64,000 nucleotides of DNA from NCBI GenBank assembly GCA_002686955.1, contig NYZA01000120.1, forward strand, positions 1,066 to 65,065. The letters run 5' to 3'. Source of the DNA: Gemmatimonadota bacterium. Lineage in GTDB: Bacteria; GCA-2686955. Positions 18,372-28,131 of this stretch are shown here, piece by piece; the stretch's first letter is position 1; each line of letters begins with the position of its first letter. The notes under the pieces were generated by a model. It was given only the letters and a program-made list of their open reading frames with translations. It was not told where the DNA came from and ran no database searches. A program made the translations under genes and the position numbers.

Positions 18372-20651
18372 ATGACAAGCCGCTCGAAGCCGCCAAAACC
18401 CGGGCGGCGGGCGAGAGGTGCCGCGCGCGCCGAGTCGACCGTCGCGACGCGGACTGTCTGGGCGTCTTTTGGAATCGCCCTCGTGGTCGTTGCCCTCTTG
18501 GTGGCGGCGCATCCCCACAGCGGGGCCGTTCAGATACACCCGCTCTTCGCCGCGGGTGAGGTCGCCGATAGAGAGGTGATCGCGACCCTGGACTTCGTTG
18601 TCGAGCGAGACGCTCAGACCATGGCCGCGGAGCGACGGGCAGCGAGATCCGCCGCGCCGATCGTTCTCGCGCACCGCGAGAGCGTTGAAATTGAACGTCG
18701 AGCCGTTCTCGACGCTTTCTACGATGATCTGGACGGCGGGCAATCCGACGCCTCGGAGTTGTCCCGTAGGTGGAGCTTCGGGCTTTCCGGCGAGGAGCTC
18801 GTGAGATTCTCCGGTCCCTCGTCCGGCGCCAAACGTCTTCGCCGCTACGTTGATCGACTCGTCGAGAGACTCTTCGATCACGGCGTTGCCGATGCGAATT
18901 TCGATAGGGCGGATCGTCCGGTGGTGGTCCAGCGCGCCGGCAGAGAGATGGCGGTCGATGGAGCCGAGGTCGTACGAGCGGATCGCTGGGTCGAAGAGGT
19001 CGCGAATCGGGTCGCCCAGTTGACATCCGATCCCGATGAGAGGCACCTGGTCGCCACGCTGGTCGGCGCGATCGTCGAGCCTAATCTGATACTGGATGAG
19101 GAAGAATCGGGCCGGAGGGCTCGCGCGGCGGAAGCAGAGGTATCGAGAACCATCGCAAGAGTGCGGCGAGGCGAGCGGATCGTCCGGGCCCACGAAGTCG
19201 TGACACCTTTGCAGGCGAGGAAACTGATCGCGTTTCGAAACGCGACAACGGGACCCTCCGCATCCGCGGCGCTGCTGGAACGCCTGCACGGAGTTTTGAT
19301 CCATGCCGGTGTCTTCGCACTGCTCATCTCATGTGTCGGAGCGTACCTCTGGCGCTACCGGCCCGATATCGCGGGAGATCCCAAGAAAGAGATCCTGGTT
19401 GGCGTCTTGATACTCATAGCGGCGCTGCCGTCCGCCCCGGTGGTCGCCGCGGGATTCCTCGAGGACGTAGCTGCACCGGTGATGATCGGTGCGGTATTAG
19501 CGACCATTCTCCTGGATGCCCATGTCGCGATCGTGTTGGCCGTCGTCACTGTCTTTGTCGTGGCGTCCTACAGCGCCGGCTCAGCGCTATTCTCTCTCAC
19601 GGCACTCATCGTTTCTCTTACTACGGTGTTCGCTCTCGAAAACATCCGAAAGCGCTCCTCTTACTATCGATCGATCCTCGCCGTGATCGGTGTTGGTATC
19701 GTGACAGTCTTTTTTGCGGATCAGGTCTACGGCGTGGCTCTCGAGCGGACCTTGGAGCGTGTCATTGGTCAGAGCGGCGCGGTTCTGATCTCCTTCATGG
19801 TCGCGCTTTTTCTGCTTCCCGCTTTCGAACGTTTCTCCGGTCTGACCACCGATTTGACGCTGAACGAGTACTCCGATCTCAATCACCCCCTCTTGAGACA
19901 GCTCGCCGTTCGCGCCCCCGGCTCGTTCCACCACTCGATGATGATGGCCAATCTGGCGGAGGCCGCCGCAACGAGCATCGACGCGAACCCTCTTCTAGCG
20001 CGGGTCGGTGCCTACTATCACGATGTCGGCAAGATGTCGAAATCGGAGTACTTCATCGAGAATCAGTTCGGTTCGACAAACAAGCACGATCAACTCGCCC
20101 CCTCGATGTCGGTTCTAGTGATACAGAATCACATCAAAGAAGGGATCGAGATGGCCAGGCAGAATCGGCTACCCCAGGCGATCATCGACTTCATTCCGGA
20201 ACACCACGGAACAAGTGTGATTTCATATTTCTACAACAAAGCGGTTTCCGCGACATCTCTGGGTGAGGTTCGAATGGATGACTATCGCTACCCTGGACCC
20301 AAGCCTCACAGTCGGGAAACCGCGATCGTGATGATTGCGGATACCGTTGAAGCAGCCTCCCGCTCTCTCGATGATCCGACCCCACTGAAGTTGGAGCAGA
20401 TGGTTCAGAAGAGCATTCGCGACAAATTCCTGAATGGGCAGCTCGACAACTCCGGACTGACACTAGACGACCTTCGCAGGATCGGCGAGGCATTCTCACC
20501 GATCCTCAATGGCGCATTCCACCAGCGGGTCGCCTATCCCGAAACGGATGAGGAGAAGATGAAAGAGCCGAGCCGCGGGCCTTCGAAGCGTACCCAGGAC
20601 CGCCGCGGGAGCGAGTATGACTCCAAAACGACGGAGCGAGGGGCGTCCTGA
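18372..20651 (+). CDS. 7TM-HDIG phosphohydrolase (PgpH-like)
   Basis: Extracellular domain, 7 TM helices, then APGSFHHS, YYHDVGK, EHHGT, YRYPGPKP, MIADTVEAA. Confidence 0.9.
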   Translation: MTSRSKPPKPGRRARGAARAESTVATRTVWASFGIALVVVALLVAAHPHSGAVQIHPLFAAGEVADREVIATLDFVVERDAQTMAAERRAARSAAPIVLAHRESVEIERRAVLDAFYDDLDGGQSDASELSRRWSFGLSGEELVRFSGPSSGAKRLRRYVDRLVERLFDHGVADANFDRADRPVVVQRAGREMAVDGAEVVRADRWVEEVANRVAQLTSDPDERHLVATLVGAIVEPNLILDEEESGRRARAAEAEVSRTIARVRRGERIVRAHEVVTPLQARKLIAFRNATTGPSASAALLERLHGVLIHAGVFALLISCVGAYLWRYRPDIAGDPKKEILVGVLILIAALPSAPVVAAGFLEDVAAPVMIGAVLATILLDAHVAIVLAVVTVFVVASYSAGSALFSLTALIVSLTTVFALENIRKRSSYYRSILAVIGVGIVTVFFADQVYGVALERTLERVIGQSGAVLISFMVALFLLPAFERFSGLTTDLTLNEYSDLNHPLLRQLAVRAPGSFHHSMMMANLAEAAATSIDANPLLARVGAYYHDVGKMSKSEYFIENQFGSTNKHDQLAPSMSVLVIQNHIKEGIEMARQNRLPQAIIDFIPEHHGTSVISYFYNKAVSATSLGEVRMDDYRYPGPKPHSRETAIVMIADTVEAASRSLDDPTPLKLEQMVQKSIRDKFLNGQLDNSGLTLDDLRRIGEAFSPILNGAFHQRVAYPETDEEKMKEPSRGPSKRTQDRRGSEYDSKTTERGAS

Positions 20652-21100
20652 TGGCGATCCACCTGGCGTCAGATGCAGGTGTTTCCGACTATGAGATCAA
20701 CACGAGCGATGTTGAGCGAGCGCTGAATCTCGTGCTGGAGGGAGAGAGACGGGATTCAGAGCCCACGATCGACGTCGTTCTGGGAAGCGACGATCTGCTG
20801 GCCAGGCTTAACGAAACCTATCGAGGAAAAGCCGGCTCGACGGACGTTCTCTCATTTCCACTGATGGATGGAGTGAAGGCACCCAATGATCTCTTGCTCG
20901 GCGAAATATATATATCGCTGCAGATGGCGTCCGAGCAGGCACGAGATACCGACACTTCGCTCGAAGTGGAACTCGCACGATTGGTAATCCACGGTGCGTT
21001 GCATCTCTTCGGCTATGATCATGTTAGTGACGAAGACGCTCAGATCATGGAGCCGCTCGGGGACCGATACCATACCGCTTGGAGGAACGGAGCGCCGTGA
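20651..21100 (+). CDS. ybeY: rRNA maturation endoribonuclease YbeY
   Basis: LNETYRGK, TDVLSFP, LGEIYIS, HGALHLFGYDH. Confidence 0.95.
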   Translation: MAIHLASDAGVSDYEINTSDVERALNLVLEGERRDSEPTIDVVLGSDDLLARLNETYRGKAGSTDVLSFPLMDGVKAPNDLLLGEIYISLQMASEQARDTDTSLEVELARLVIHGALHLFGYDHVSDEDAQIMEPLGDRYHTAWRNGAP

Positions 21101-22401
21101 CGGAGATGACCTCAATTCTGTTCGGCGCAGGCTCCGTTGTCGTTCTGCTCGGACTGAGCGCGGTCTTCAGCGGCTCCGAAACGGCGATCATCTCATTGTC
21201 GTCAAACGACGTGGATCGCCTTCCCGACGAAGAGGGGGCGAGTGGGAAGGCGATCGCCGAGCTGCGAGAGGATCCTACACGTTTCTTGGTGGGGGTGCTT
21301 TTGGGCAACACACTCGTAAACGTTGCGGCCTCGTCGGCGGCTGTTGGGCTTGCGCTGGCCGCCTGTGAGCTGGGAAACCTGCCTCCTTGGACCGGCGTCG
21401 TGGGCACGGTCGTGGTGATGCCACTTGTGCTGCTGGTGTTCGGTGAAGTGACTCCGAAGTCGATGGCGTTTTCGAATGCGCGCCGATTTGCTCTAAAGAC
21501 CGCGGTCCCCGTTCATATATTCTTCCGCCTCTGTTCGCCACTGATCGGCGCTCTCCACCGACTTACGCGCCTCGGAAGACTCGTGGGGGGCCCAGGCGCG
21601 ATCTCGTCGCCGGAAGAGATTCGCACTCTCTTGAGGGTCAGCGATGAAGAGGGGCTCATCGATTCCGACGAGCGTGAGTTGATCGACTCGGCGGTCGAGC
21701 TATCCGAGACACTCACGCGGGAGATCATGGTGCCTCGGCCCGATATGAAGGCAATCGAAGTGACCGCTTCCCACGCCGAGGCGCTCGACATGATCGATTC
21801 CTCTCGCCTTTCGCGCTTGCCGGTTTACCGGGAGAGCGTCGATCAGATCATCGGCGTACTGCATGCCAAAGACCTGCTTCAATTCATCAACCGAGAAGAC
21901 GAGTTCGTGCTGGAGGGAACGATTCGTCGCGCCCATTTCGTGCCGGAAGCGATGAGCATCATCGATTTGCTGCAAGCCATGAAGGGCTGGAGCTCCCAGA
22001 TGGCGGTTGTCGTGGACGAATACGGCGGCACATCGGGGCTGGTGACGCTCGAAGATGTACTTGAGGAGCTCGTCGGCGAGATATGGGATGAACATGACGA
22101 GGAAGAGGTTCTCCACGAATTGTTGGGCGATGGATCGATCGTGGCCGATGGGCGGATGAGCGTGGACGATCTCTCGGAGTTGGTCGGCGTCGACCTCGAG
22201 GGGGAAGGGTACGACACTGTCGGCGGGTTGATTCTCGATCGGATCGGAGATATTCCGAAAGCTGGGCGGATTCTGAACGAGCGAGGCGTCACATTTCTAG
22301 TTGAAAAGGTAGTGCGAAACAGAATCAGGCGAGTGCGCGTCACATTGCCTGAAGCCGACGCGGTCGTTGATTCGGAGAAGGGCGAAAGGGGGGCGCCGTG
22401 A
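21097..22401 (+). CDS. CNNM/hemolysin family protein (DUF21-CBS-CorC)
   Basis: FSGSETAI, GNTLVN, FGEVTPK, SRLPVY, VDEYGGTSGLVTLEDVLEELVGEIWDE; GTGA overlap with ybeY. Confidence 0.92.
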   Translation: MTEMTSILFGAGSVVVLLGLSAVFSGSETAIISLSSNDVDRLPDEEGASGKAIAELREDPTRFLVGVLLGNTLVNVAASSAAVGLALAACELGNLPPWTGVVGTVVVMPLVLLVFGEVTPKSMAFSNARRFALKTAVPVHIFFRLCSPLIGALHRLTRLGRLVGGPGAISSPEEIRTLLRVSDEEGLIDSDERELIDSAVELSETLTREIMVPRPDMKAIEVTASHAEALDMIDSSRLSRLPVYRESVDQIIGVLHAKDLLQFINREDEFVLEGTIRRAHFVPEAMSIIDLLQAMKGWSSQMAVVVDEYGGTSGLVTLEDVLEELVGEIWDEHDEEEVLHELLGDGSIVADGRMSVDDLSELVGVDLEGEGYDTVGGLILDRIGDIPKAGRILNERGVTFLVEKVVRNRIRRVRVTLPEADAVVDSEKGERGAP

Positions 22402-23651
22402 TTGTAGGGGCATTGATCGCTTGGGCCTTCGCCTGCTCGTTCTTCTTTGCGGGCACGGAGACGGCATTCACGACGCTAAATCGCCTGCGGATCCGTACCT
22501 GGTCAGAGGGAGAAGGGAACCGCGCAGAGGCAGCCCGATCGGTCGAGGGGTTCACGGCGGAGCCCGATCGATTCCTCACTACGACATTGGTCGGCAACAA
22601 TATCGCGATAGTCGCGGTGACCGCTCTCGTGGGCTTCTTGTTGGAGCGAAAGCTCGCGGATGGAGATCTCGCGGGAGCGATCGACGCGCTAAATGTGTTG
22701 TTGGTGACACCGGCGCTGCTCGTTTTCGGCGAGATCATCCCGAAGTCGCTGGCTCGGCGCTACCCGAACCGGACAGCGCTGATCTCGATCCGACCTCTAC
22801 GAGCCGCCCATTGGGTGTTGCGACCGATCGCGTGGCTCGTGGGGCGTATTGCCGGGCGCGTTCAAGCCACATTTCGTCTCCCGAGTGGTACGGCGCGCTT
22901 CGCGTTGCGTCGCGAAGATGTACTCGATCTCTTGAGAGGACAGGAAGAGGATGGGGCACCGGACGAAGAGGACAAGATCATCTCGGGGATCCTCGATTTT
23001 GGCAGTACGACGGTGCGCGAAGCCTGGACGCCGCGAACGCGCATGGTCTGTCTCGACGTCGATGCGGGGGAGGAAGAGATACTAGAGGTAATCTCAGACG
23101 GTCGCTTCTCGCGCTTGCCGGTCTTCAAAGAGGATGTCGACCATATTGTCGGGGTCGTGCATGCGCGCGATCTCCTGCTCGCTTCGAGAAAAGGCCCGAT
23201 TCGGCTGGAATCCCATCTTCGTTCCGTTCTCTATGTTCCGGAGCAGAAGAAGGCGGATGAGCTGCTCGAAGCGCTCAAAGGGCGAAAAGAGCATCTCGCC
23301 GTCGTGCTCGACGAGCACGGAGGCACCGAGGGTATCGTGACGCTGGAAGATCTGCTGGAGCTTATCGTCGGCGATATTCGAGACGAGCACGATGCGCCGG
23401 ACGACCTTCTGCGCCCAATCGACGATCGGGCGTGGACCGCAAGCGGGCAGATCGAGCTCGATGATCTGGAAGAACGAGTGGGGTTGGAGCTGCCGGAAGG
23501 GCAGTACGAGACCCTCGGCGGCTACGTCATCGACACGATGGGCCGCATCCCTCGCAAGGGAGAGGTGGCGTTGGCTCCGGGAGCGCGCATCACCGTGCTG
23601 AAGGCTTCCGATCGAGCGGTTCAGCTCTTGAGGGTCGATCTGCTGGACTGA
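22398..23651 (+). CDS. Second CNNM/hemolysin family protein (DUF21-CBS-CorC)
   Basis: FFAGTETAF, LVGNN, FGEIIPK, SRLPV, DEHGGTEGIVTLEDLLE. Confidence 0.92.
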   Translation: MIVGALIAWAFACSFFFAGTETAFTTLNRLRIRTWSEGEGNRAEAARSVEGFTAEPDRFLTTTLVGNNIAIVAVTALVGFLLERKLADGDLAGAIDALNVLLVTPALLVFGEIIPKSLARRYPNRTALISIRPLRAAHWVLRPIAWLVGRIAGRVQATFRLPSGTARFALRREDVLDLLRGQEEDGAPDEEDKIISGILDFGSTTVREAWTPRTRMVCLDVDAGEEEILEVISDGRFSRLPVFKEDVDHIVGVVHARDLLLASRKGPIRLESHLRSVLYVPEQKKADELLEALKGRKEHLAVVLDEHGGTEGIVTLEDLLELIVGDIRDEHDAPDDLLRPIDDRAWTASGQIELDDLEERVGLELPEGQYETLGGYVIDTMGRIPRKGEVALAPGARITVLKASDRAVQLLRVDLLD

Positions 23652-23665
23652 TCGCCTGTCGGCCG

Positions 23666-23815
23666 AGGAACCTGTTGCGCTAGCCCGGATATCTCACGAG
23701 ATTCCGTAGCGAGACCGTGCAGGTTCTTGTCCTGCCGGTGCTTCGCACCGTTTCGCGCGGAGGCGTGCTGGTTGCACGTCGCACAAAGCGAAACGGTGGG
23801 GGAAGCGCCGCCAGG
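23666..23815 (+). other. Two long adjacent hairpins in the mgtE leader (candidate cis-regulatory RNA)
   Basis: Hairpin 1 spans 23666-23728; hairpin 2 spans 23731-23815 and includes a perfect 11-bp CACCGTTTCGC/GCGAAACGGTG stem; several mismatches are G-U compatible on the + strand. Confidence 0.5.
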
Positions 23816-23911
23816 GTGCGGAGATGCGTCGCCACAGCAGAAAGTTGGTGAGATATGTGGGCTAGGCTCATGGGCGTCATTCCGGTCGAGATCCGGCGTA
23901 AGCTCTCACCC

Positions 23912-25276
23912 ATGGACGGCCGCACCCCCGATCTGCCTTCGCGCGACGAAATCATCGACCTCCTCAATCTGGGTGCCAAACCAGCGCTGAGAGAGGCGAT
24001 TGCGCCGCTGCACGCCGAAGACGTGGCCGAGCTGGTGGAATCGCTCGGACCCGAAGTTGGGTCCCGACTTTTGGCGGCTCTGGAGAGTGAGGCCGCCGGA
24101 GAAGCGCTGGCCGAAATGCCGGACCAGGCCCGCGAGCACGTGCTCGAGGAGATGAGCTACGAAGCGATCGCCGACGCGGTCGACACACTTCCCGCCGACG
24201 ACGCGGCCGACGTCATCGGAGATCTCCACGGCGATCAGCGCATGCAGGTTCTGGGCGATCTCGACGTCCAGGAACCGAAGATGGTCGCCGAGCTCCTCTC
24301 CTACCCCGAGGATTCAGCCGGCGGGATCATGACGCCGGAAGTGCTGGCCGTGCCCTACGACAGCTCGGCGGCGGACGTGATCGAGCGCTTGCGCGGGGCG
24401 CCGACCGCCCACGACGACGTGTTCACGGTCTATGTCGTGGATGCGGACGGGCGGCTCGCGGGCCGGCTGCCGCTCCAGAATCTCGTGACCGCCGCTCTCG
24501 CGACACCCGTCGAGGCGATGATGGAAAGACCGCTCGTCTCCTGCCGGGTCGACGAGGATCAGGAGCAGGTCGCCCAGATCATGGCCAAGTACAATCTGGT
24601 CACGATCCCGATCGTCGACGATTCCGAGCGTTTGGTGGGCAGGGTCACCTTCGATGATGTCATCGATGTCATTGCCGAAGAGGCGACCGAGGACATCTTG
24701 CGGATGGCCGGCTCGAACGAACGCGAAGTCGCGGAGCGTTCGTCGATTCGGATCGCACGCGTTCGCCTACCATGGGTCGTGGTTGGACTCCTCGGGGGAC
24801 TCTTCTCGGGAGTGCTGATGTCTCGTTTCGAGTCGGTCCTTCAACAGGTGCTCGGCCTCGCCTTTTTCGTCCCAGCCGTCGCGGCATTGGGCGGCAACGT
24901 GGGGATTCAATCGTCGACGATCGTGATACGCGGCATGACCGTCGGGGACTACACCTTCACGGGTGTTTGGACCCCGATCCTGCGCGAGATCAGGGTGGGG
25001 CTGGCGATCGGTGCCGTTTGTGGCGTTGTCGCGGCGGTCTTTGCGCAGTCGTGGCTCGGTGACCCGGGAATCGGGCTGATCGTGGGACTGGCGATGTGGG
25101 GGACGGCGCTTTGCGCGGCGATCGTGGGAGCCGGGCTCCCCTTCCTTCTCTCGCGTTTCGACGTCGACCCCGCCGTGGCGACCGGTCCTTTCATCACCAC
25201 GGCGAACGATGTGTTGGGCGTCTTGCTCTACTTCTTGCTGGCAGCCGCGCTCTTCGGGCTGATCGGGCAGCCGTGA
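23912..25276 (+). CDS. mgtE: Magnesium transporter MgtE
   Basis: MgtE_N acidic repeats (DDAADV), YPEDSAGGIMT, CBS pair, RLPW, GGNVGIQS, DPAVATGPFITTAND. Start could be 23855-23912. Confidence 0.95.
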   Translation: MDGRTPDLPSRDEIIDLLNLGAKPALREAIAPLHAEDVAELVESLGPEVGSRLLAALESEAAGEALAEMPDQAREHVLEEMSYEAIADAVDTLPADDAADVIGDLHGDQRMQVLGDLDVQEPKMVAELLSYPEDSAGGIMTPEVLAVPYDSSAADVIERLRGAPTAHDDVFTVYVVDADGRLAGRLPLQNLVTAALATPVEAMMERPLVSCRVDEDQEQVAQIMAKYNLVTIPIVDDSERLVGRVTFDDVIDVIAEEATEDILRMAGSNEREVAERSSIRIARVRLPWVVVGLLGGLFSGVLMSRFESVLQQVLGLAFFVPAVAALGGNVGIQSSTIVIRGMTVGDYTFTGVWTPILREIRVGLAIGAVCGVVAAVFAQSWLGDPGIGLIVGLAMWGTALCAAIVGAGLPFLLSRFDVDPAVATGPFITTANDVLGVLLYFLLAAALFGLIGQP

Positions 25277-26043
25277 GCTCATATCTGGTCGAATTGGAAG
25301 GGATCGTCTGTGGCGGCCGACCCACAGGCGAGACGAGTCTTCTGATCACCATCTTGACCGAGAACCGCGGCAAGCTCACCGTCTACGCTCGTGGTGCACT
25401 TCGCGACCACCGTCGGATCGGCGGCGCCCTCGACACCTGTTCGCGGAGTGCGTGGAGTCTTCTCCCGCGTGGCGGCGGCGAGGACCGAATCCCCCTCGTC
25501 GACCAAGCCGATCTGATCGATGCGCACCCTTCGCTACGCCGCGACCTGGGTCGGTTGTTGCGGGCACTTTTCATGATCGAAACCGTGAGGCTCCACTACG
25601 GAGGAGGCGGGGCCCTCTACGATCACCTGGCGGCGGGGTTGGCCGCCGTCGATCGGCGTCCACACACCGGCAGGGGATTTCTCTGGTGGTTCGTCTCGAG
25701 ACTTCTGGAGCTCTCGGGCCATGCGCCGGAGCTCGCGCGCTGCGTCGTCTGCGCGAAGGGAGAGACGATCGTGGGCCTCGACCCTTCTGCGGGAGGAGCG
25801 ATCTGTGGGGCGTGTGCTCCAGGCCGCGCCCGGACCATGGCTCTCGGGCCACAGGGTCTGAGGGTTCTGCGGGGCTTGGCCTCCGCGGGCGGCGTCGATC
25901 CGAGCGCAACGCGGGATCTGTCCCCCAAAACGTCCCGTGAAATAGGCTCGATACTGAGGGCATGGATCGAATGGCCGGTCGGGGGCGACGTGCCTTTGCC
26001 CGCCCTTGACGCCCTTCAGCTGTTGGGATCGACCTCCAGATGA
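25273..26043 (+). CDS. recO: DNA repair protein RecO
   Basis: EGIV...GETSLLITILTENRGKL...ARGA OB fold; CVVC...CGAC zinc finger; GTGA overlap with mgtE. Confidence 0.88.
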   Translation: MSSYLVELEGIVCGGRPTGETSLLITILTENRGKLTVYARGALRDHRRIGGALDTCSRSAWSLLPRGGGEDRIPLVDQADLIDAHPSLRRDLGRLLRALFMIETVRLHYGGGGALYDHLAAGLAAVDRRPHTGRGFLWWFVSRLLELSGHAPELARCVVCAKGETIVGLDPSAGGAICGACAPGRARTMALGPQGLRVLRGLASAGGVDPSATRDLSPKTSREIGSILRAWIEWPVGGDVPLPALDALQLLGSTSR

Positions 26044-28106
26044 TGGCTCCCCTTCTCATCGCGTCGATCGTGGCCGTGCAGCCGATCGCGCGCCACGGCG
26101 GCGCGGTGCATCCCAGCGAGACCGACTGCACCCCCTGCGACGCACGTTGGGATGTCGACCTATTCGGCACCACTCTCAGGAGTGGATCCGACCCCGGCGG
26201 CAGCCCCGTCGACAGTGTTCAGTGGGCGCTAGACCCGCTTCACGATGACGCGGTGGTCCGGCGCCTGGCCCTCGGCTTCGAGATGCCCTTCTACTACGAT
26301 CGCTACGACAGCATCGCCGTTGGAGTGAACGGATTCCTGAGCTTTCTCGGCAACGATCTACCTTCGATCGCGGGCGATCGGCCGGCCCCGCTCCCCTGCC
26401 CCGTGCAGCCTCACGCGAGCATTGCGCCCTTCTGGGCCGATCTCGCGCTCGGGAGTGTCGGCGCCCTCTTCTTCCGCACTACACCGGACTCGGCGCTCGT
26501 GGAGTGGCGGGGGCTCGAAGATGATTCGGGGGCGGGACCGTACACCTTCCAAACCCGCATTTTCCCCAGCGGAGAGATTCGCTTGATCTGGATGGAGCTT
26601 CCGGCGCAGCTCACGGAGCATGTCGTTGGTGCAACGGACGCCCGCGGCGTCGACGGACTGAGCGTCTCCGCAACGCCGGTCGCGGGCACCGCACTCACGA
26701 TGACGCGTCCCGGCGATTTCGACGGGCTGGCGCTGCTCGAAATTGTGTTGCCGAAGCATTCCATTCCAGCCGGCACCATCGATCGCCCGACCATCCTCGT
26801 GGCGAACCCAGGGGATGACGCGATCGAGGGAGATCTTCTGGTTACGGTGACACGCGTCGAGGATTCCCAGCTGGTCGCCACGCTTGCTCCCGATCCCGCG
26901 GTCCTTTCCTTCCCCGCCCGCTCGCAGACCGAAGTTCGCATGGAGTCGTGGACCCCGGGTCCTCCGGGGCGATATCGCTTCGACGCGGCGGTGACACCGG
27001 GGCTCGCGATGTACGAATTGCGGGACGAGGTGCTGGCGGCGGCCACCCGCGACACGAGCGCGGTCCTCGGCGGATTCAAAGCGAGCGAGCTATCCGACGC
27101 GTACGCACTCCGCGATCCCGGCGAGTGGGCGATTCGCTTCCTGGCCGACTCCTTGGCGGGAGCCGAGGCATCACTCGTTCGGGTGTCGTTTTGGGAGGGG
27201 TGGCCCGACACCGAGGCGCAGGAATTCGAGATCGAGATCTTCGGAACGGGACCGGGTGGCGGTCCCTCCGACGAGGGGCTGCACTCCCCGGTCAGTGCGT
27301 CAGGTTCGGCCGGCTTCGTCGACGTCCCCCTCCCGCTCGGAGTAGCAATCAGCGACACTTTTTTCGTGATCATCCGCCAACCCCTTCCCTTTCCTGATTG
27401 CGACGCAGTTTCATCCGACGCGAGCCAAGATGTCACGCTCTATCCGCGTCATTGGGCGCGCAGCTGTGGCACGGACAACTGGGAGAAGCTCGAGTCTCCG
27501 GGCCTTGGCGGTGATCTCTTCGTGGAGCTCTATCTCAGCAGCCCCGTGGGTGTCGCGGGGGGAGCACCACCGGCCCCGCATTGGAAGATGGTCGAGGGGC
27601 GTCGAATACAGATCGATTGGGAGTATATCGAGGGAGCCCGGTCGTACCGTCTCTTGCGTGCCATGCCACCATCGGCGGACTGGACCGTCGTGGCGGAGCT
27701 GGGACCCCACGAGACTTCGTATGCCGATCGTCCGCCGCGCTCGCGCGGTGTTGTTCGCTATGCCGTCGCCGCCATCGACAAGAAGGGGCTTGCCCTGATC
27801 TCCGAATCGATCGACGTCCCGATCGGGCGTGGTCGTCTGCTTGCTCCGGCTCCGGTGCCGGCCAATCCGCGCGTCGAGATCGGGGTCGAGCTGCCGGAGG
27901 GCGCCGCCGGCGTGTCGGTCCGAGTGTACGATGTCGCGGGCGCTCTCGTGCGAACGCTGCACGAGGGTGCGCTTCGCCCCGGCGTGCATAGATTCGTGTG
28001 GCAAGGCGAGAACGAGCGAGGCGGGGCCGCCCCCTCGGGTGTCTACCTCTTGCAACTCGATGCCGGTGGGGAGATCGACACCAGGCGGATCGTCCTTCTG
28101 CGCTGA
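26040..28106 (+). CDS. Secreted multidomain protein with C-terminal FlgD Ig-like domain
   Basis: NIDO-like FEMPFY...VGVNGFLSF...IAPFWADL, FN3-like segment, tail PVPANP...VYDVAGALVRTL...WQGENERG...PSGVYLLQL. Confidence 0.8.
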   Translation: MMAPLLIASIVAVQPIARHGGAVHPSETDCTPCDARWDVDLFGTTLRSGSDPGGSPVDSVQWALDPLHDDAVVRRLALGFEMPFYYDRYDSIAVGVNGFLSFLGNDLPSIAGDRPAPLPCPVQPHASIAPFWADLALGSVGALFFRTTPDSALVEWRGLEDDSGAGPYTFQTRIFPSGEIRLIWMELPAQLTEHVVGATDARGVDGLSVSATPVAGTALTMTRPGDFDGLALLEIVLPKHSIPAGTIDRPTILVANPGDDAIEGDLLVTVTRVEDSQLVATLAPDPAVLSFPARSQTEVRMESWTPGPPGRYRFDAAVTPGLAMYELRDEVLAAATRDTSAVLGGFKASELSDAYALRDPGEWAIRFLADSLAGAEASLVRVSFWEGWPDTEAQEFEIEIFGTGPGGGPSDEGLHSPVSASGSAGFVDVPLPLGVAISDTFFVIIRQPLPFPDCDAVSSDASQDVTLYPRHWARSCGTDNWEKLESPGLGGDLFVELYLSSPVGVAGGAPPAPHWKMVEGRRIQIDWEYIEGARSYRLLRAMPPSADWTVVAELGPHETSYADRPPRSRGVVRYAVAAIDKKGLALISESIDVPIGRGRLLAPAPVPANPRVEIGVELPEGAAGVSVRVYDVAGALVRTLHEGALRPGVHRFVWQGENERGGAAPSGVYLLQLDAGGEIDTRRIVLLR

Positions 28107-28131
28107 AACGGATCCGCGCCGGACCGACGGG

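Noticed and set aside
17625-19304. 559-aa antisense ORF, and similar long ORFs at 45989-48511, 61660-63471 and 59244-60653
   Set aside because: Shadow frames opposite well-supported genes in GC-rich DNA; no recognisable motifs.
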